From: Acidobacteriota bacterium
GTDB taxonomy: Bacteria > Acidobacteriota > Thermoanaerobaculia > Thermoanaerobaculales > Thermoanaerobaculaceae
NCBI GenBank assembly: GCA_040754885.1
Contig: JBFMCD010000065.1
Location: 96-64,095, forward strand
DNA: 64,000 bases
Reading direction: 5' to 3'
Part shown: positions 43,462 to 53,070 of the stretch, piece by piece
How the letters are laid out: every line of letters begins with the position of its first letter
Numbering within the stretch: position 1 is the stretch's first letter
Notes under the pieces: model-generated
What the model was told of the DNA's origin: nothing
Databases searched by the model: none
The model's input: only the letters and a program-made list of their open reading frames with translations
Made by a program: the position numbers and the translations under genes

Positions 43462-46032
43462 CTACGTGGCCTGACCGGTCCCGGCGACCGCTCCGGCGAA
43501 CTCCTCGCCGCGCCTGAGCATCGCCATCACGCCTCCGGCCAGGAGGATGACCAGGCCGGCCCAGAGCAGGCCGATCATCGGCTTGACCGAGAAGTCGACG
43601 GAGAAGCGCATCGGCTCCCCGGCGACGGCCGCAGCCTGCGCGTCGAGCACCAATACCTCGACCGTCTTCTCCTCGGCGTTCATCCTGCCGATCCGCAGGG
43701 ACGCGCCGCTGATGCCGGGGATCTCCGCGTCGACGTGCTCCTCTCGGCCCATGCCGCCGAGGTAGCGGGGGACGATCTCGGCGTCCTGCTGACCGTACTT
43801 CTTCACCTTGAACACCGCGCCGATGTGGATTCGGCCCGCGTCGGGGTCGAAGTCCGACATGTCGAAGTCATCGAACGTGAGCGTGGCGTCCTTGTAGGTC
43901 AACGACTCCCCGGGGTGGAGACTCGCCCGTGCGGCCGCGCCGCCGCCGAGTCCGTTGAGGCGCAGTCGGACGCGACCCTGACTGGCGTTGACGCCGACGA
44001 GTTGCACCGTCACGCCGGGTAGCGAGGGGACCGCCTGCGGCTCCGCCGCGAATACTCCGGCCCCGGAACGGAGGATCGGCGTCACGCTCTCGCCGGCGCC
44101 GTCCTTCCTGACGGTCAGCTTGGCGCCGATCGAAATCTCACCGCCCTCCGTGTGGGTCTGCGCCATGTCGAAGCCGTCGAACGTGATCTGCGCCGGGCCC
44201 GCGGGCTTGCTCTCGCCCTTCCCGAGGTCCAGTTCACTCCCTTCCGGGGGCTGGCCCGGGTCGAACTCGATGGGCGACACGTACAGGTCGTGGGTCAGGC
44301 GTGCCTTGACATCCGGGTTGGCGACGAGCTGGTTCGATTTCTCGTTCCGGTACATGAGCGGCCTGGCGATGTAGGTGAGGCCGCTGCCGTCCTTGACCTC
44401 GATCAGCATCGCGTCCTTCGCGGTCGGCGTCGGCTTGTCGACGCCCTTGAAGGTCAGGGTGTAACCGAGCGCCTGGCGCGCCTCGTTGAGGGGCAGAACC
44501 AGTTTCTCGGTCCGGTTGTAGGCGCTCGAGGTGATGATCCCCGTGAGCATCAGGCCCAGACCGACATGCGCGAGATAGCCCCCCGCGGCGCGGAACCGCG
44601 CGCGCCGAAGTTCGTCCGTGAACTTGAGCAGGTTGGAGAAGAAGGCGAACAGAGAGACGAACAGGAACGTCAGGAACAGGGCGCCGAAGGCGCCGGCCAC
44701 AACCGCCACTGCGCCGCAGACGGCCGTCGCGGCGAGTGCGGTGAGCATCCTGCGGCGGAACTCGGTCGCGGCGCCGCGCCAGTGGAGGTAGGGGACGACG
44801 CCCAGGAGCAGGGCGAGGAGGATGCCCACCGGCAGCGTGACCTGGTTGTAGAACTCCGGGCTGACCTGCGAGGGTTTCGTCGCCAGGCGCGTGATCAGCG
44901 GCGCGGAGGTCCCGAGCAGGACCATCGCCCCAGTCCCGAGCAGCGCCGCGATCGCGAGCACGAAGAAGACGGTACGGGAGAGAAACGGCTCGTCGCCGGC
45001 CTCGGCGGGGATCTCCCTCCAGCGCCAGATCAGGAACGCCGCACCGAGGAGCAGGAACACGGTCAGGTTGGCGACCAGCCACCCCGTGATGCCGAGATCG
45101 ACGAACGAGTGCACGGAGAAGTCGGCGAGCACCCCGGAGCGGGTCAGGAAGGTGGCGTAGGTGACGAGGACGTAGGACAGGATGGCGAGCGAGAAGTTGA
45201 GCTTGCGGAACCGGCCACGGGCCTTCTGGAGCAGCATGCCGTGCACCAGCGCCGCCGAGGCCAGCCACGGGACGAGCGACGAGTTCTCCACCGGGTCCCA
45301 GCCCCAGTACCCGCCCCAGCCGAGCGTGATGTACGCCCAGTATCCCCCGAGGAGGATCGCGCAGCCGAGCGTCACCACCGTGAGCAACGCCCACGGCAGC
45401 GAGGCCTTGACCCACTCGTCGTAGCGGCGCTCCCACAGTGCCGCGATCGCGAAGGCAAAGGGCACGGCGGTGGCGGCGTAGCCGAGGAACATGATCGGCG
45501 GGTGGATGGTCATCCAGAAGTTCTGCAGTAGGGGGTTCAGACCCTGCCCGTCGAACGGGACCTGCCCGGGCGGGAGATCGGCGAGAAAGCGGAACGGCGA
45601 CTGGCGCAGCAGGATGAAGAGCAGCGACAGCTGCGTGAGGTTGTAGACGATGAGGGTGCGGTCCTCGTAGTGGCGCGCGTACTTTATCAGCGGCAGGCCG
45701 ACCAGCATTCCCCACAGCAACCAGAGGAGGAAGCTGCCTTCCTGTCCGGCCCAGAACGTCGAGGCCAGGAAGTGGAGCGGCAGGCTCTTGTCCGAGTAGG
45801 AGAAGACGTAGTGCAGCCTGAAGTCGTGCGTGAGGATGAGGAAGAGGAGCACCCCCGACGCGAGGACGACGGCGAAGGTGGACAGGGCGTAGAGCTGACG
45901 TGCCCACGTCCTCGAGTTCTCGTCGCCGCGCAGGCTGCGAACATAGAAATACGTCGACCCGATCAGTGCGGCACACGCGCCCCAGAGCGCGACGACTCCC
46001 GGCCAGTACATGGTTTCCCCCCCGACGTTCAC
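43462..46032 (-). CDS. ccmF: Cytochrome c-type biogenesis protein CcmF (haem lyase)
   Basis: Trp-rich motif WGGYWGWDPVENSSLVPWL and multiple TMs, with a periplasmic C-terminal region ending in a TM. Confidence 0.9.
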   Translation of the reverse strand: MNVGGETMYWPGVVALWGACAALIGSTYFYVRSLRGDENSRTWARQLYALSTFAVVLASGVLLFLILTHDFRLHYVFSYSDKSLPLHFLASTFWAGQEGSFLLWLLWGMLVGLPLIKYARHYEDRTLIVYNLTQLSLLFILLRQSPFRFLADLPPGQVPFDGQGLNPLLQNFWMTIHPPIMFLGYAATAVPFAFAIAALWERRYDEWVKASLPWALLTVVTLGCAILLGGYWAYITLGWGGYWGWDPVENSSLVPWLASAALVHGMLLQKARGRFRKLNFSLAILSYVLVTYATFLTRSGVLADFSVHSFVDLGITGWLVANLTVFLLLGAAFLIWRWREIPAEAGDEPFLSRTVFFVLAIAALLGTGAMVLLGTSAPLITRLATKPSQVSPEFYNQVTLPVGILLALLLGVVPYLHWRGAATEFRRRMLTALAATAVCGAVAVVAGAFGALFLTFLFVSLFAFFSNLLKFTDELRRARFRAAGGYLAHVGLGLMLTGIITSSAYNRTEKLVLPLNEARQALGYTLTFKGVDKPTPTAKDAMLIEVKDGSGLTYIARPLMYRNEKSNQLVANPDVKARLTHDLYVSPIEFDPGQPPEGSELDLGKGESKPAGPAQITFDGFDMAQTHTEGGEISIGAKLTVRKDGAGESVTPILRSGAGVFAAEPQAVPSLPGVTVQLVGVNASQGRVRLRLNGLGGGAAARASLHPGESLTYKDATLTFDDFDMSDFDPDAGRIHIGAVFKVKKYGQQDAEIVPRYLGGMGREEHVDAEIPGISGASLRIGRMNAEEKTVEVLVLDAQAAAVAGEPMRFSVDFSVKPMIGLLWAGLVILLAGGVMAMLRRGEEFAGAVAGTGQAT

Positions 46033-46050
46033 GCGGCTGTCACGGCCGCC

Positions 46051-46452
46051 CTACGAGGATGCGGCGGTGTACGCCTTCTCCTCGACTCCCTGGTACTTCG
46101 ACGGGCACTTGACGAGCAGCTTCTCCGCCTCCAGCTCATCGCGGTCGAAGCGGCCGATCGCGACGACCTGGATCGCCTCGTTGAAGTTGCCCGGTTTCAG
46201 GCCCTTGTAGGCAACCGGCATGCGGTCGCCGTGATCGTCTTCGAGGACGAAGCGCAGGCTCTGCGTCGCCTCGTCGTAACGATCCGAACCCTGGACGAGC
46301 TTCCCGGCGACCTGCACGGCGTCGCTCGTCGCCCGGGCCTGCGTGAAGCTGACGTAGGGAGTCAGGTTGGACTTGAACGCGCCGGCTCCGAACGCGACGA
46401 AGCCGGCGATCGCTATCACGCCACCGATGGTCCACACGGCTCTGCGGTTCAT
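46051..46452 (-). CDS. ccmE: Cytochrome c maturation haem chaperone CcmE, CxxxY variant
   Basis: N-terminal anchor plus OB-fold sequence. The C-terminal motif LLVKCPSKYQG sits where canonical CcmE has HxxxY. Confidence 0.9.
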   Translation of the reverse strand: MNRRAVWTIGGVIAIAGFVAFGAGAFKSNLTPYVSFTQARATSDAVQVAGKLVQGSDRYDEATQSLRFVLEDDHGDRMPVAYKGLKPGNFNEAIQVVAIGRFDRDELEAEKLLVKCPSKYQGVEEKAYTAASS

Positions 46453-46568
46453 TCACCCTCCTCGATCCGGCGGATCCGCCGGTCGAGTTTCACGAGATAG
46501 ACGAACACACCGACCCAGATCACTCCTGTGACCGCGGCCACCCAGAACAGACTCTCCTGAGCCGGCAT
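46449..46568 (-). CDS. ccmD: CcmD-like small membrane protein (39 aa; not in the supplied ORF track)
   Basis: Hand translation: MPAQESLFWVAAVTGVIWVGVFVYLVKLDRRIRRIEEGE. One TM plus a basic tail. The stop overlaps the ccmE ATG (ATGA), and the start lies 1 nt after the ccmC stop. Confidence 0.6.
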   Translation of the reverse strand: MPAQESLFWVAAVTGVIWVGVFVYLVKLDRRIRRIEEGE

Positions 46569-46569
46569 C

Positions 46570-47244
46570 TCAATCCTCCTGGCGGCGGCGCCGTGCCAGG
46601 GCAATCCGCGCCGCCCGGACATCCAGAGTGTACAACCAGACGAACAGCCCGGTAAATCCCATTAACGAGGCCATCAGGACCTGGAACATCCGGGACTCCA
46701 TGTCCATGGATCCCTTGGTGTTGATGATCGTGTCCGGGTGGAGCGAGAAGTAGATCCTGGGCACCACGAAGACGAGGAAGGGCATCGTGACGAACGCCAG
46801 GACCGCGTACGCCGCCGAGAGCGAGGCGCGGCGCTCCTCGTCGGCGATCGCCTCGCGCAGAGCGAAGTAGGCGGCGTAGACGAGGAGCAGGATCGCGATC
46901 GAGATCTCCCGCGGGTCCCAGTTCCAGAACGAGTTCCACATGACATGGGCGAACAGCGAACCTGTCACGGTCGCCAGGATGCAGAAGACCAGCCCGAGGC
47001 GGGCCGCCGCCGCGGCGCGGGCGTCGTCGAGCGCGTCGTGGCGGCGCAGGTAGCGCAGCGACGCGACGAGGTTCACGCAGAACGCCAGGACCGCGACCCA
47101 GGCCTGCGGCACATGGAAGAAGACGATCCGGGCCGACTCCCCCTTGAACCCGCGCGCGGTCGGGGCATAGAAGAACGCCGCCCAGACCACAGCGAGGATC
47201 CACAGTCCAAGCAGCCACTTCCACCAGTCTTTGCGTTCAGTCAT
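46570..47244 (-). CDS. ccmC: Haem exporter protein CcmC
   Basis: Start MTERKDWWKW. Trp-rich motif WNSFWNWDPRE and conserved His residues. Confidence 0.9.
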   Translation of the reverse strand: MTERKDWWKWLLGLWILAVVWAAFFYAPTARGFKGESARIVFFHVPQAWVAVLAFCVNLVASLRYLRRHDALDDARAAAAARLGLVFCILATVTGSLFAHVMWNSFWNWDPREISIAILLLVYAAYFALREAIADEERRASLSAAYAVLAFVTMPFLVFVVPRIYFSLHPDTIINTKGSMDMESRMFQVLMASLMGFTGLFVWLYTLDVRAARIALARRRRQED

Positions 47245-47926
47245 TCCACACCACCGGAAAGAGATAGAACGACGCCACGAGGGTGACTCCGGCCAGCGAC
47301 ACGATAGCACGCAGGGCGGGAAGGACGGGGGAGAGGCCATCCGCTGTGACCGCCGCGCCGGTGCCCTGAATCAGGATCACGAGCAGGGGCAGTATCAGCG
47401 GCACGCTGAGGATCGTGAAGAGGGTGCCGGAACCCGAAGCCCTCGCGATGATGGCGGCGACGATCGTGGCCGAGGCGGAAAGCGCCACCCCCCCGCCGAG
47501 GAGGAGCAGCGCCAGCCCTCCAGGGCTCCTCACCGCGAGCCCCATCAGCCCGCAATACAGAGGCACGACCACGGTCTCGAGCGCGAGGGTCAACATCAGA
47601 TTGAAGAGCAGTTTGCCGAGCAGGACCGCGCCCGGGCGCGCGGCCAGGCGCAGCGTTTTCCCGGTGCGCGCGTCCTCCTCCTTGACGAAGACTCGCGACA
47701 GGCCGGACATGGCCGCAAAAAACAGGATGATCCACAGCAGCGCCGAGAGCAGATGAGGGCGATCGTCCTCGTGGATGCGGTAAGGACCGATCTGATAGGC
47801 CACGGTGACCAGCGTGGTGACTGCGAAGAGCACGATGGCGTTGAGCGCCACCCTGCTGCGCAGTTCGCTGGTGATCTCCTTGCGGAGGACCGCCAGCCCT
47901 TCAGAGAGCAAGCTCGATGCGCGCAT
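47237..47926 (-). CDS. ccmB: Haem exporter permease CcmB
   Basis: Six-TM ABC-2-type permease between ccmA and ccmC. Start is uncertain (26-nt overlap with ccmA). Confidence 0.8.
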   Translation of the reverse strand: MRASSLLSEGLAVLRKEITSELRSRVALNAIVLFAVTTLVTVAYQIGPYRIHEDDRPHLLSALLWIILFFAAMSGLSRVFVKEEDARTGKTLRLAARPGAVLLGKLLFNLMLTLALETVVVPLYCGLMGLAVRSPGGLALLLLGGGVALSASATIVAAIIARASGSGTLFTILSVPLILPLLVILIQGTGAAVTADGLSPVLPALRAIVSLAGVTLVASFYLFPVVWND

Positions 47927-48536
47927 CGCCCCAGGCCGCCTCCCGCGGATCGTTGGTCGCCACCACCACCGCGGCTCTGCCGCGGTACTCCCGGACGAGC
48001 GCCGCGACGGCCTCGTGGCCGGCGGCGTCGAGGTTCGAAGAGGGTTCGTCGAGCATCAAGACGCGGGGCGCGTGGATCACCGCTTGCGCGATCTTGACCC
48101 GCTGGCGCATCCCCGACGAGTAGGTGCCGACGGCACGGTCGTGCTCGCGCGCGGGGAGCCCGAGCGAGTCGAGCAGCTCTGCGGCCTGCTCCCTCGTGCT
48201 GCGCAGCCCGCGCAGGCGGGCCAGGAAGGCGAGGTTTTCGTGCGCGGTCAGCTCGTCGTACACGGCCATGTCCGGCGCCGCCACGCCGATCCGCTCGAAC
48301 CACAGCCGCCGTGGAACGGTACCGCCGCCCTCGCGGTAGGTGACGGCGCCGCGCGACGGCCGGAGCACGCCGGCGAGGATGTTGAGCAACGTCGACTTGC
48401 CGGAACCGTTCGGCCCCGAGACGACGAGCACGGCGCCCGGGCGGAGCACGCCGCTGACCTGCGCGAGGACCGCGCGGGACCCGAAACGCTTGCCGATGCC
48501 CTCGAATTCGACGGTCGTCGCAGACACGGGGCGCAA
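47901..48536 (-). CDS. ccmA: Haem ABC exporter ATP-binding protein CcmA
   Basis: Walker A GPNGSGKST, signature YSSGMRQRV, Walker B LMLDEP. Confidence 0.85.
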   Translation of the reverse strand: MRPVSATTVEFEGIGKRFGSRAVLAQVSGVLRPGAVLVVSGPNGSGKSTLLNILAGVLRPSRGAVTYREGGGTVPRRLWFERIGVAAPDMAVYDELTAHENLAFLARLRGLRSTREQAAELLDSLGLPAREHDRAVGTYSSGMRQRVKIAQAVIHAPRVLMLDEPSSNLDAAGHEAVAALVREYRGRAAVVVATNDPREAAWGDARIELAL

Positions 48537-48607
48537 GCATAGCGGAAGATCGCGGGAGCCGCCACTGCGACGCGATCGCGAATCGCCGGTGGCGGTAGAC
48601 TTGCGCC

Positions 48608-50857
48608 GTGTTTTCTTCGGCGCGCGAGGTGCTCGGACGGGCGTTCCCCTGGCCGCTGGTCGACGGCGGCGGCCGCTGGGGTTCGGCGGCCGCGACCGTT
48701 TCGGTCCTCGCCGGCGCCGTGCTCTCGCGCGTGCTCCTGCTGCCCGACGGCCCCTGGGAGCAGGACGAGGCCTTGATGGCGTGCGGCGTCGTCGACTTCG
48801 ACCCGCTCTCGCACGCGCCGGTTCCGCCCGGCTTCCCGCTGTGGATCTACCTCGGCCGCGCCGTCCGCCTCTTCGGCGTCACCGACCCGCTTGTCGCCTT
48901 GCAGGTCGCCAGCGCCGTGCTGTCGGTGGTGGGAGTGTGGGCCCTGGTCGGCCTGTGGGAGTCCGTTGCCGGACGGCGCGCGGCGCTCGCCGGCGCCGTG
49001 CTGGCCGCGTTTCTCCCCGGGGTCTGGTTCCACGCCCACAGGGGGTTTTCGGAGACCCCGTCGGCGGCCCTGGCAGTGGTCGGGCTGGCGCTGTGGGTGC
49101 GCGGCGGCCGCCGGGCCTTCACCGCCGGCCTCGTCGCCATGACGGCGTCGGCGCTGATCCGGCCACCCCTGCTGCCGTTCTGCCTGACCGCGAGCCTGCT
49201 CGCCGCGTGGGCCGCCAGGAGCCGGCCGGCCAGGATCGCGAGGGGCTCGCTGGCCGCCGCCGCGCTGGCGACGGCGGTGGCCGTCCCAGCCGTGCTCGAG
49301 GCCGGTGGCGCCCACATGTTCTACGACGCAGTGCGGGGCCACGCCGCCGAGCACTTCAACCTCCTGGGCAGCGAGGGCTGGAACCTGGCGCGGCTCGGTT
49401 TCGTGCGCGGACTCGGACCGGCGCCGGCCGCTGCTCTGTTCGCGGCGCTTGCGGCGGTCGGTTGGTGGGGTTGGCGTCGAGCTCTCGGCCGGCTTTGGCG
49501 GGCCGGTTCGATCGCCGGAATCGCGCTGGCGGCCACGATCGTCCTGACGCACAGCACCGCGCACCCGCGCTACTGGGTCCTGGTCTGGATGCTGCTCGCC
49601 ACCCCCGCGGTCGCCGGGGCATGCCGGCTGGCGCGCCGGGAGTCGCTCGGTGTCGCGAGCGGCGTTACGGCGGCGCTCGCGTCGGCGGCGTGGACGTGGC
49701 CCGCGATGCGCGCGGTCGCCGCGGGTCCGATCCCTCCCGTGGCGGCGTTGCGCGCGGTGGCCGCTGAGCCGGGGCAGGAGGGCGCGGCGCTGGTCTTCGA
49801 GGACCAGCTCTTCTCGTTCCGCAATCTGGCGGTGCGCCAGGGGTGGCTGCGCGCGCCTTCCGATACCGCCAGGGGAGCGTTTCGTACGCCCGTGCGCCTC
49901 GGCGGCGCCCCGGTGTGGCTGCTCTCCGAGACGCTCGCCCGCGACGTGGACTGCGCTATCACGCTGGTCCGCGAGTTCTCCGCGCCGGGCGACCGCCTGG
50001 AGCGCCTGTCACAGGGCAGGTTCCTGCGCGCGCGCCTCGCGCGGGAGCCCCTGATCGCCTGGCGGGGCGGGTTCGTGCCGGAGTACGAAGGGGGCCAGCG
50101 GTTCACCTGGCTGTCCGGAGAAGCGTCGTTGCTGCTCCCGCCGTATCGGGGGGCGGGACGCCTGGTGCTCGCCGTCGAGGTGCCGGTCGAGACGGGGGTC
50201 GTTGGGCGTGTCGACGGCGTCGAGACGCTCCGAACGCGGGTGATGCCGGGCCGCCAGCTGCTCTCCGTCCCGCTCCCGCCGAGGAGCGAGGAACCCCGGT
50301 TCATGTCGGTCCTCGATCTCGCCGTCGAACGAGCGATGACGTCGCGCGCCGAGTTGCGTGCCCTCGGCCTGCGGATCTTCAACAGCTCGTTGGAAGCGGC
50401 GCCGACCTCGCCGGGGCTGTTCGAGTTCTTTCCGGACGCGAATGAAGCGTTCGCGGCGGTGGCGCGCGTCGAGGGTTTCCACGCCGAGGAGGAGCTGCCC
50501 GGCTCTCCGCCGCGCCGGGTGGCGTGGACCGGCGAGCGCGCGCGGCTGGAGATCCCCGCCGGTCCGGGCTCGGTCGGGTTCGAGATGGTGGCGCCGCGCC
50601 CCGAGCCTGCCCGCGTGAACGTCCGGATCGGCGACTCCGCCGTCGCCTTCGAAGTCGGTGCGAGCCCGACGTACGTCGAGATCCCGGTGCCCGAGAGCGC
50701 CGCCGGCGTCCGGCGCGCGCTGGTCGAGATCGCCAGCAGCACGTTCGCTCCCGGCGGTCACGACCAGCGGATTCTCGGAGTCGCCGTCGCGCGGGTGTGG
50801 TTCCGCCCGGCCTCGGTCGTTCCCGTCGCTCTCTCCGATCGTCCTCCGGGTCACTGA
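48608..50857 (+). CDS. GT-C-fold membrane glycosyltransferase (ArnT/PMT-like) with a large C-terminal extracytoplasmic domain
   Basis: About 10 TMs. The first-loop acidic motif PWEQDEALMA resembles the DE motif of GT39/GT83 enzymes. The C-terminal ~330 aa are soluble. Confidence 0.55.
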   Translation: MFSSAREVLGRAFPWPLVDGGGRWGSAAATVSVLAGAVLSRVLLLPDGPWEQDEALMACGVVDFDPLSHAPVPPGFPLWIYLGRAVRLFGVTDPLVALQVASAVLSVVGVWALVGLWESVAGRRAALAGAVLAAFLPGVWFHAHRGFSETPSAALAVVGLALWVRGGRRAFTAGLVAMTASALIRPPLLPFCLTASLLAAWAARSRPARIARGSLAAAALATAVAVPAVLEAGGAHMFYDAVRGHAAEHFNLLGSEGWNLARLGFVRGLGPAPAAALFAALAAVGWWGWRRALGRLWRAGSIAGIALAATIVLTHSTAHPRYWVLVWMLLATPAVAGACRLARRESLGVASGVTAALASAAWTWPAMRAVAAGPIPPVAALRAVAAEPGQEGAALVFEDQLFSFRNLAVRQGWLRAPSDTARGAFRTPVRLGGAPVWLLSETLARDVDCAITLVREFSAPGDRLERLSQGRFLRARLAREPLIAWRGGFVPEYEGGQRFTWLSGEASLLLPPYRGAGRLVLAVEVPVETGVVGRVDGVETLRTRVMPGRQLLSVPLPPRSEEPRFMSVLDLAVERAMTSRAELRALGLRIFNSSLEAAPTSPGLFEFFPDANEAFAAVARVEGFHAEEELPGSPPRRVAWTGERARLEIPAGPGSVGFEMVAPRPEPARVNVRIGDSAVAFEVGASPTYVEIPVPESAAGVRRALVEIASSTFAPGGHDQRILGVAVARVWFRPASVVPVALSDRPPGH

Positions 50858-51013
50858 GCCGGCCGGGGCGGTGGAGGGCGGTTCCCGCGGATGAGAGTCC
50901 GGGCGGGATCGTCCCGAACCAGACCGCCGTTCGAGTATCGAGTGGGAATCCGGCGCGGTGTTGTCGCGAGGGCTCTCGCTCGACGGTTTCGTGCGCCGCT
51001 GTGGAGGGAGTCG

Positions 51014-51469
51014 ATGAGAACTGCGCGGTGTTGGATCGGGGTCATCGCGCTGTCGATCGGTTCGCTGACCACGTGTACCGGCGAGCGCCTCGGCCGGGCA
51101 GCAGGCGCATCGACCGGGATGCCTTGGGCGCCGACTCTCTCGGGCGCCCTGGAGCGCGCCCGGGCGGAGCGGAAACTGGTCATGGTGGACCTCGTCACGG
51201 ACTGGCGCGCCGCAGGCGGGGAGTTCGACCGGACGACCCTCGCCGACGCGCGGGTCGGGGTGGCGTTGGGGCGCGTGGTGCCGCTCAAACTCGACGCCGA
51301 GAGGGACGGACGCGACCTGGCGGAACTCCACGGGGAGGACGGATATCCCAGGCTTCTGTTTCTGGACGGGAGCGGCGACGAGGTGGGCAGGATTTCCGGT
51401 CTGCTGGCCGCGGGCCCGTTCCTGGAGGAGTTCGGGGGCGTTCTCAGCCGGCCGCTCGCCGCGAGCTGA
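51014..51469 (+). CDS. Thioredoxin-fold (Thioredoxin_7/DUF255-like) lipoprotein lacking the CxxC motif
   Basis: Start MRTARCWIGVIALSIGSLTTC. KLVMVDLVTDWRAAGGEFD aligns with the usual ...DF.A.WCxxCK... site, but RAAG replaces CxxC. GYPRLLFLDGSGDEVGR is the cis-Pro strand. Confidence 0.55.
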   Translation: MRTARCWIGVIALSIGSLTTCTGERLGRAAGASTGMPWAPTLSGALERARAERKLVMVDLVTDWRAAGGEFDRTTLADARVGVALGRVVPLKLDAERDGRDLAELHGEDGYPRLLFLDGSGDEVGRISGLLAAGPFLEEFGGVLSRPLAAS

Positions 51470-51529
51470 CCTCGCCTCCCAAGTCCGGTTCGTCCGGGCG
51501 CGGGCGGAGCGACAGAACAGCCATGGCAC

Positions 51530-52302
<773 letters not shown>

Positions 52303-52306
<4 letters not shown>

Positions 52307-53070
52307 CCGAACACCCCGTGGACATAGTCGAACGTACGGCGGTCTGCGGGACGATCTGAGAAGATCGTCTCGCTGGTCCCGAGTTCGACGATCTCGCCCT
52401 TCCACAGGAACATCGTCCGGTCGGCGAGACGCCTGGCCTGCTGGACGAGGTTGGTCACCAGGACTATCGTGAGGCTCTCCCTGAGTTCCTTGAGCACATC
52501 CTCGATCCGCATCGTCGTGACCGGGTCTATGGCGATCGAGAACTCGTCGAGGCAGAGCACATCGGGTTGGTGCGACAGCGCACGTGCGATGGTCAGCCGC
52601 TGCTGCTGTCCACCCGAAAGAGCGGTGCCCAGGCTGTGGAGGCGGTCCTTCACCTCATCCCACAACGCCGCCTGGCGGAGGCACTTCTCGACAATCTCGT
52701 CGAGGGCGCTCTGTCTCTGCAGTCCGGTGCAACGAGGGGCGAACGCCACGTTGTCGTAGATCGACAGCGGCAGGCCGACGGGGAGCGGCGCGACCATCCC
52801 GATGCGCCGCCGGATCGTGTGCACGTCGCGGGCGCGCAGGACGTCCACCCCGTCGAACGTGATGGAACCCGAGACGGCGGCGTTGGAGACGAAGTCGATG
52901 GTCCGGTTCAGGCAGCGGAGCAGCGACGTCTTGCCGGACTGCGCCGGCCCGATGATGGCGAAGATCTCGTGCCGGCCTATGTCGAAGGAGATGCCGTGGA
53001 GCACCTCATTGCCGGAGTACGCGAGGCGCAGGTCGCGGACGGCGACGGACTCGGCCTGGCCCACTTTCAC
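52303..53070 (-). CDS. PstB paralogue (intact signature; Q-loop Gln and switch His substituted)
   Basis: GTG start in a GTGA overlap with the pstA stop. Walker A GPAQSGKT, signature LSGGQQQRL, Walker B LCLDEFS. GMVAPLP replaces GMVFQRP, and VTNLVQQA replaces VTHNMQQA. Confidence 0.85.

Noticed and set aside
43462-44100. Long C-terminal region of CcmF (856 aa) as a possible CcmF-CcmH fusion
   Set aside because: No CcmH-type LRCxxC motif or TPR is present. The region looks like the usual periplasmic CcmF_C extension ending in a TM helix.
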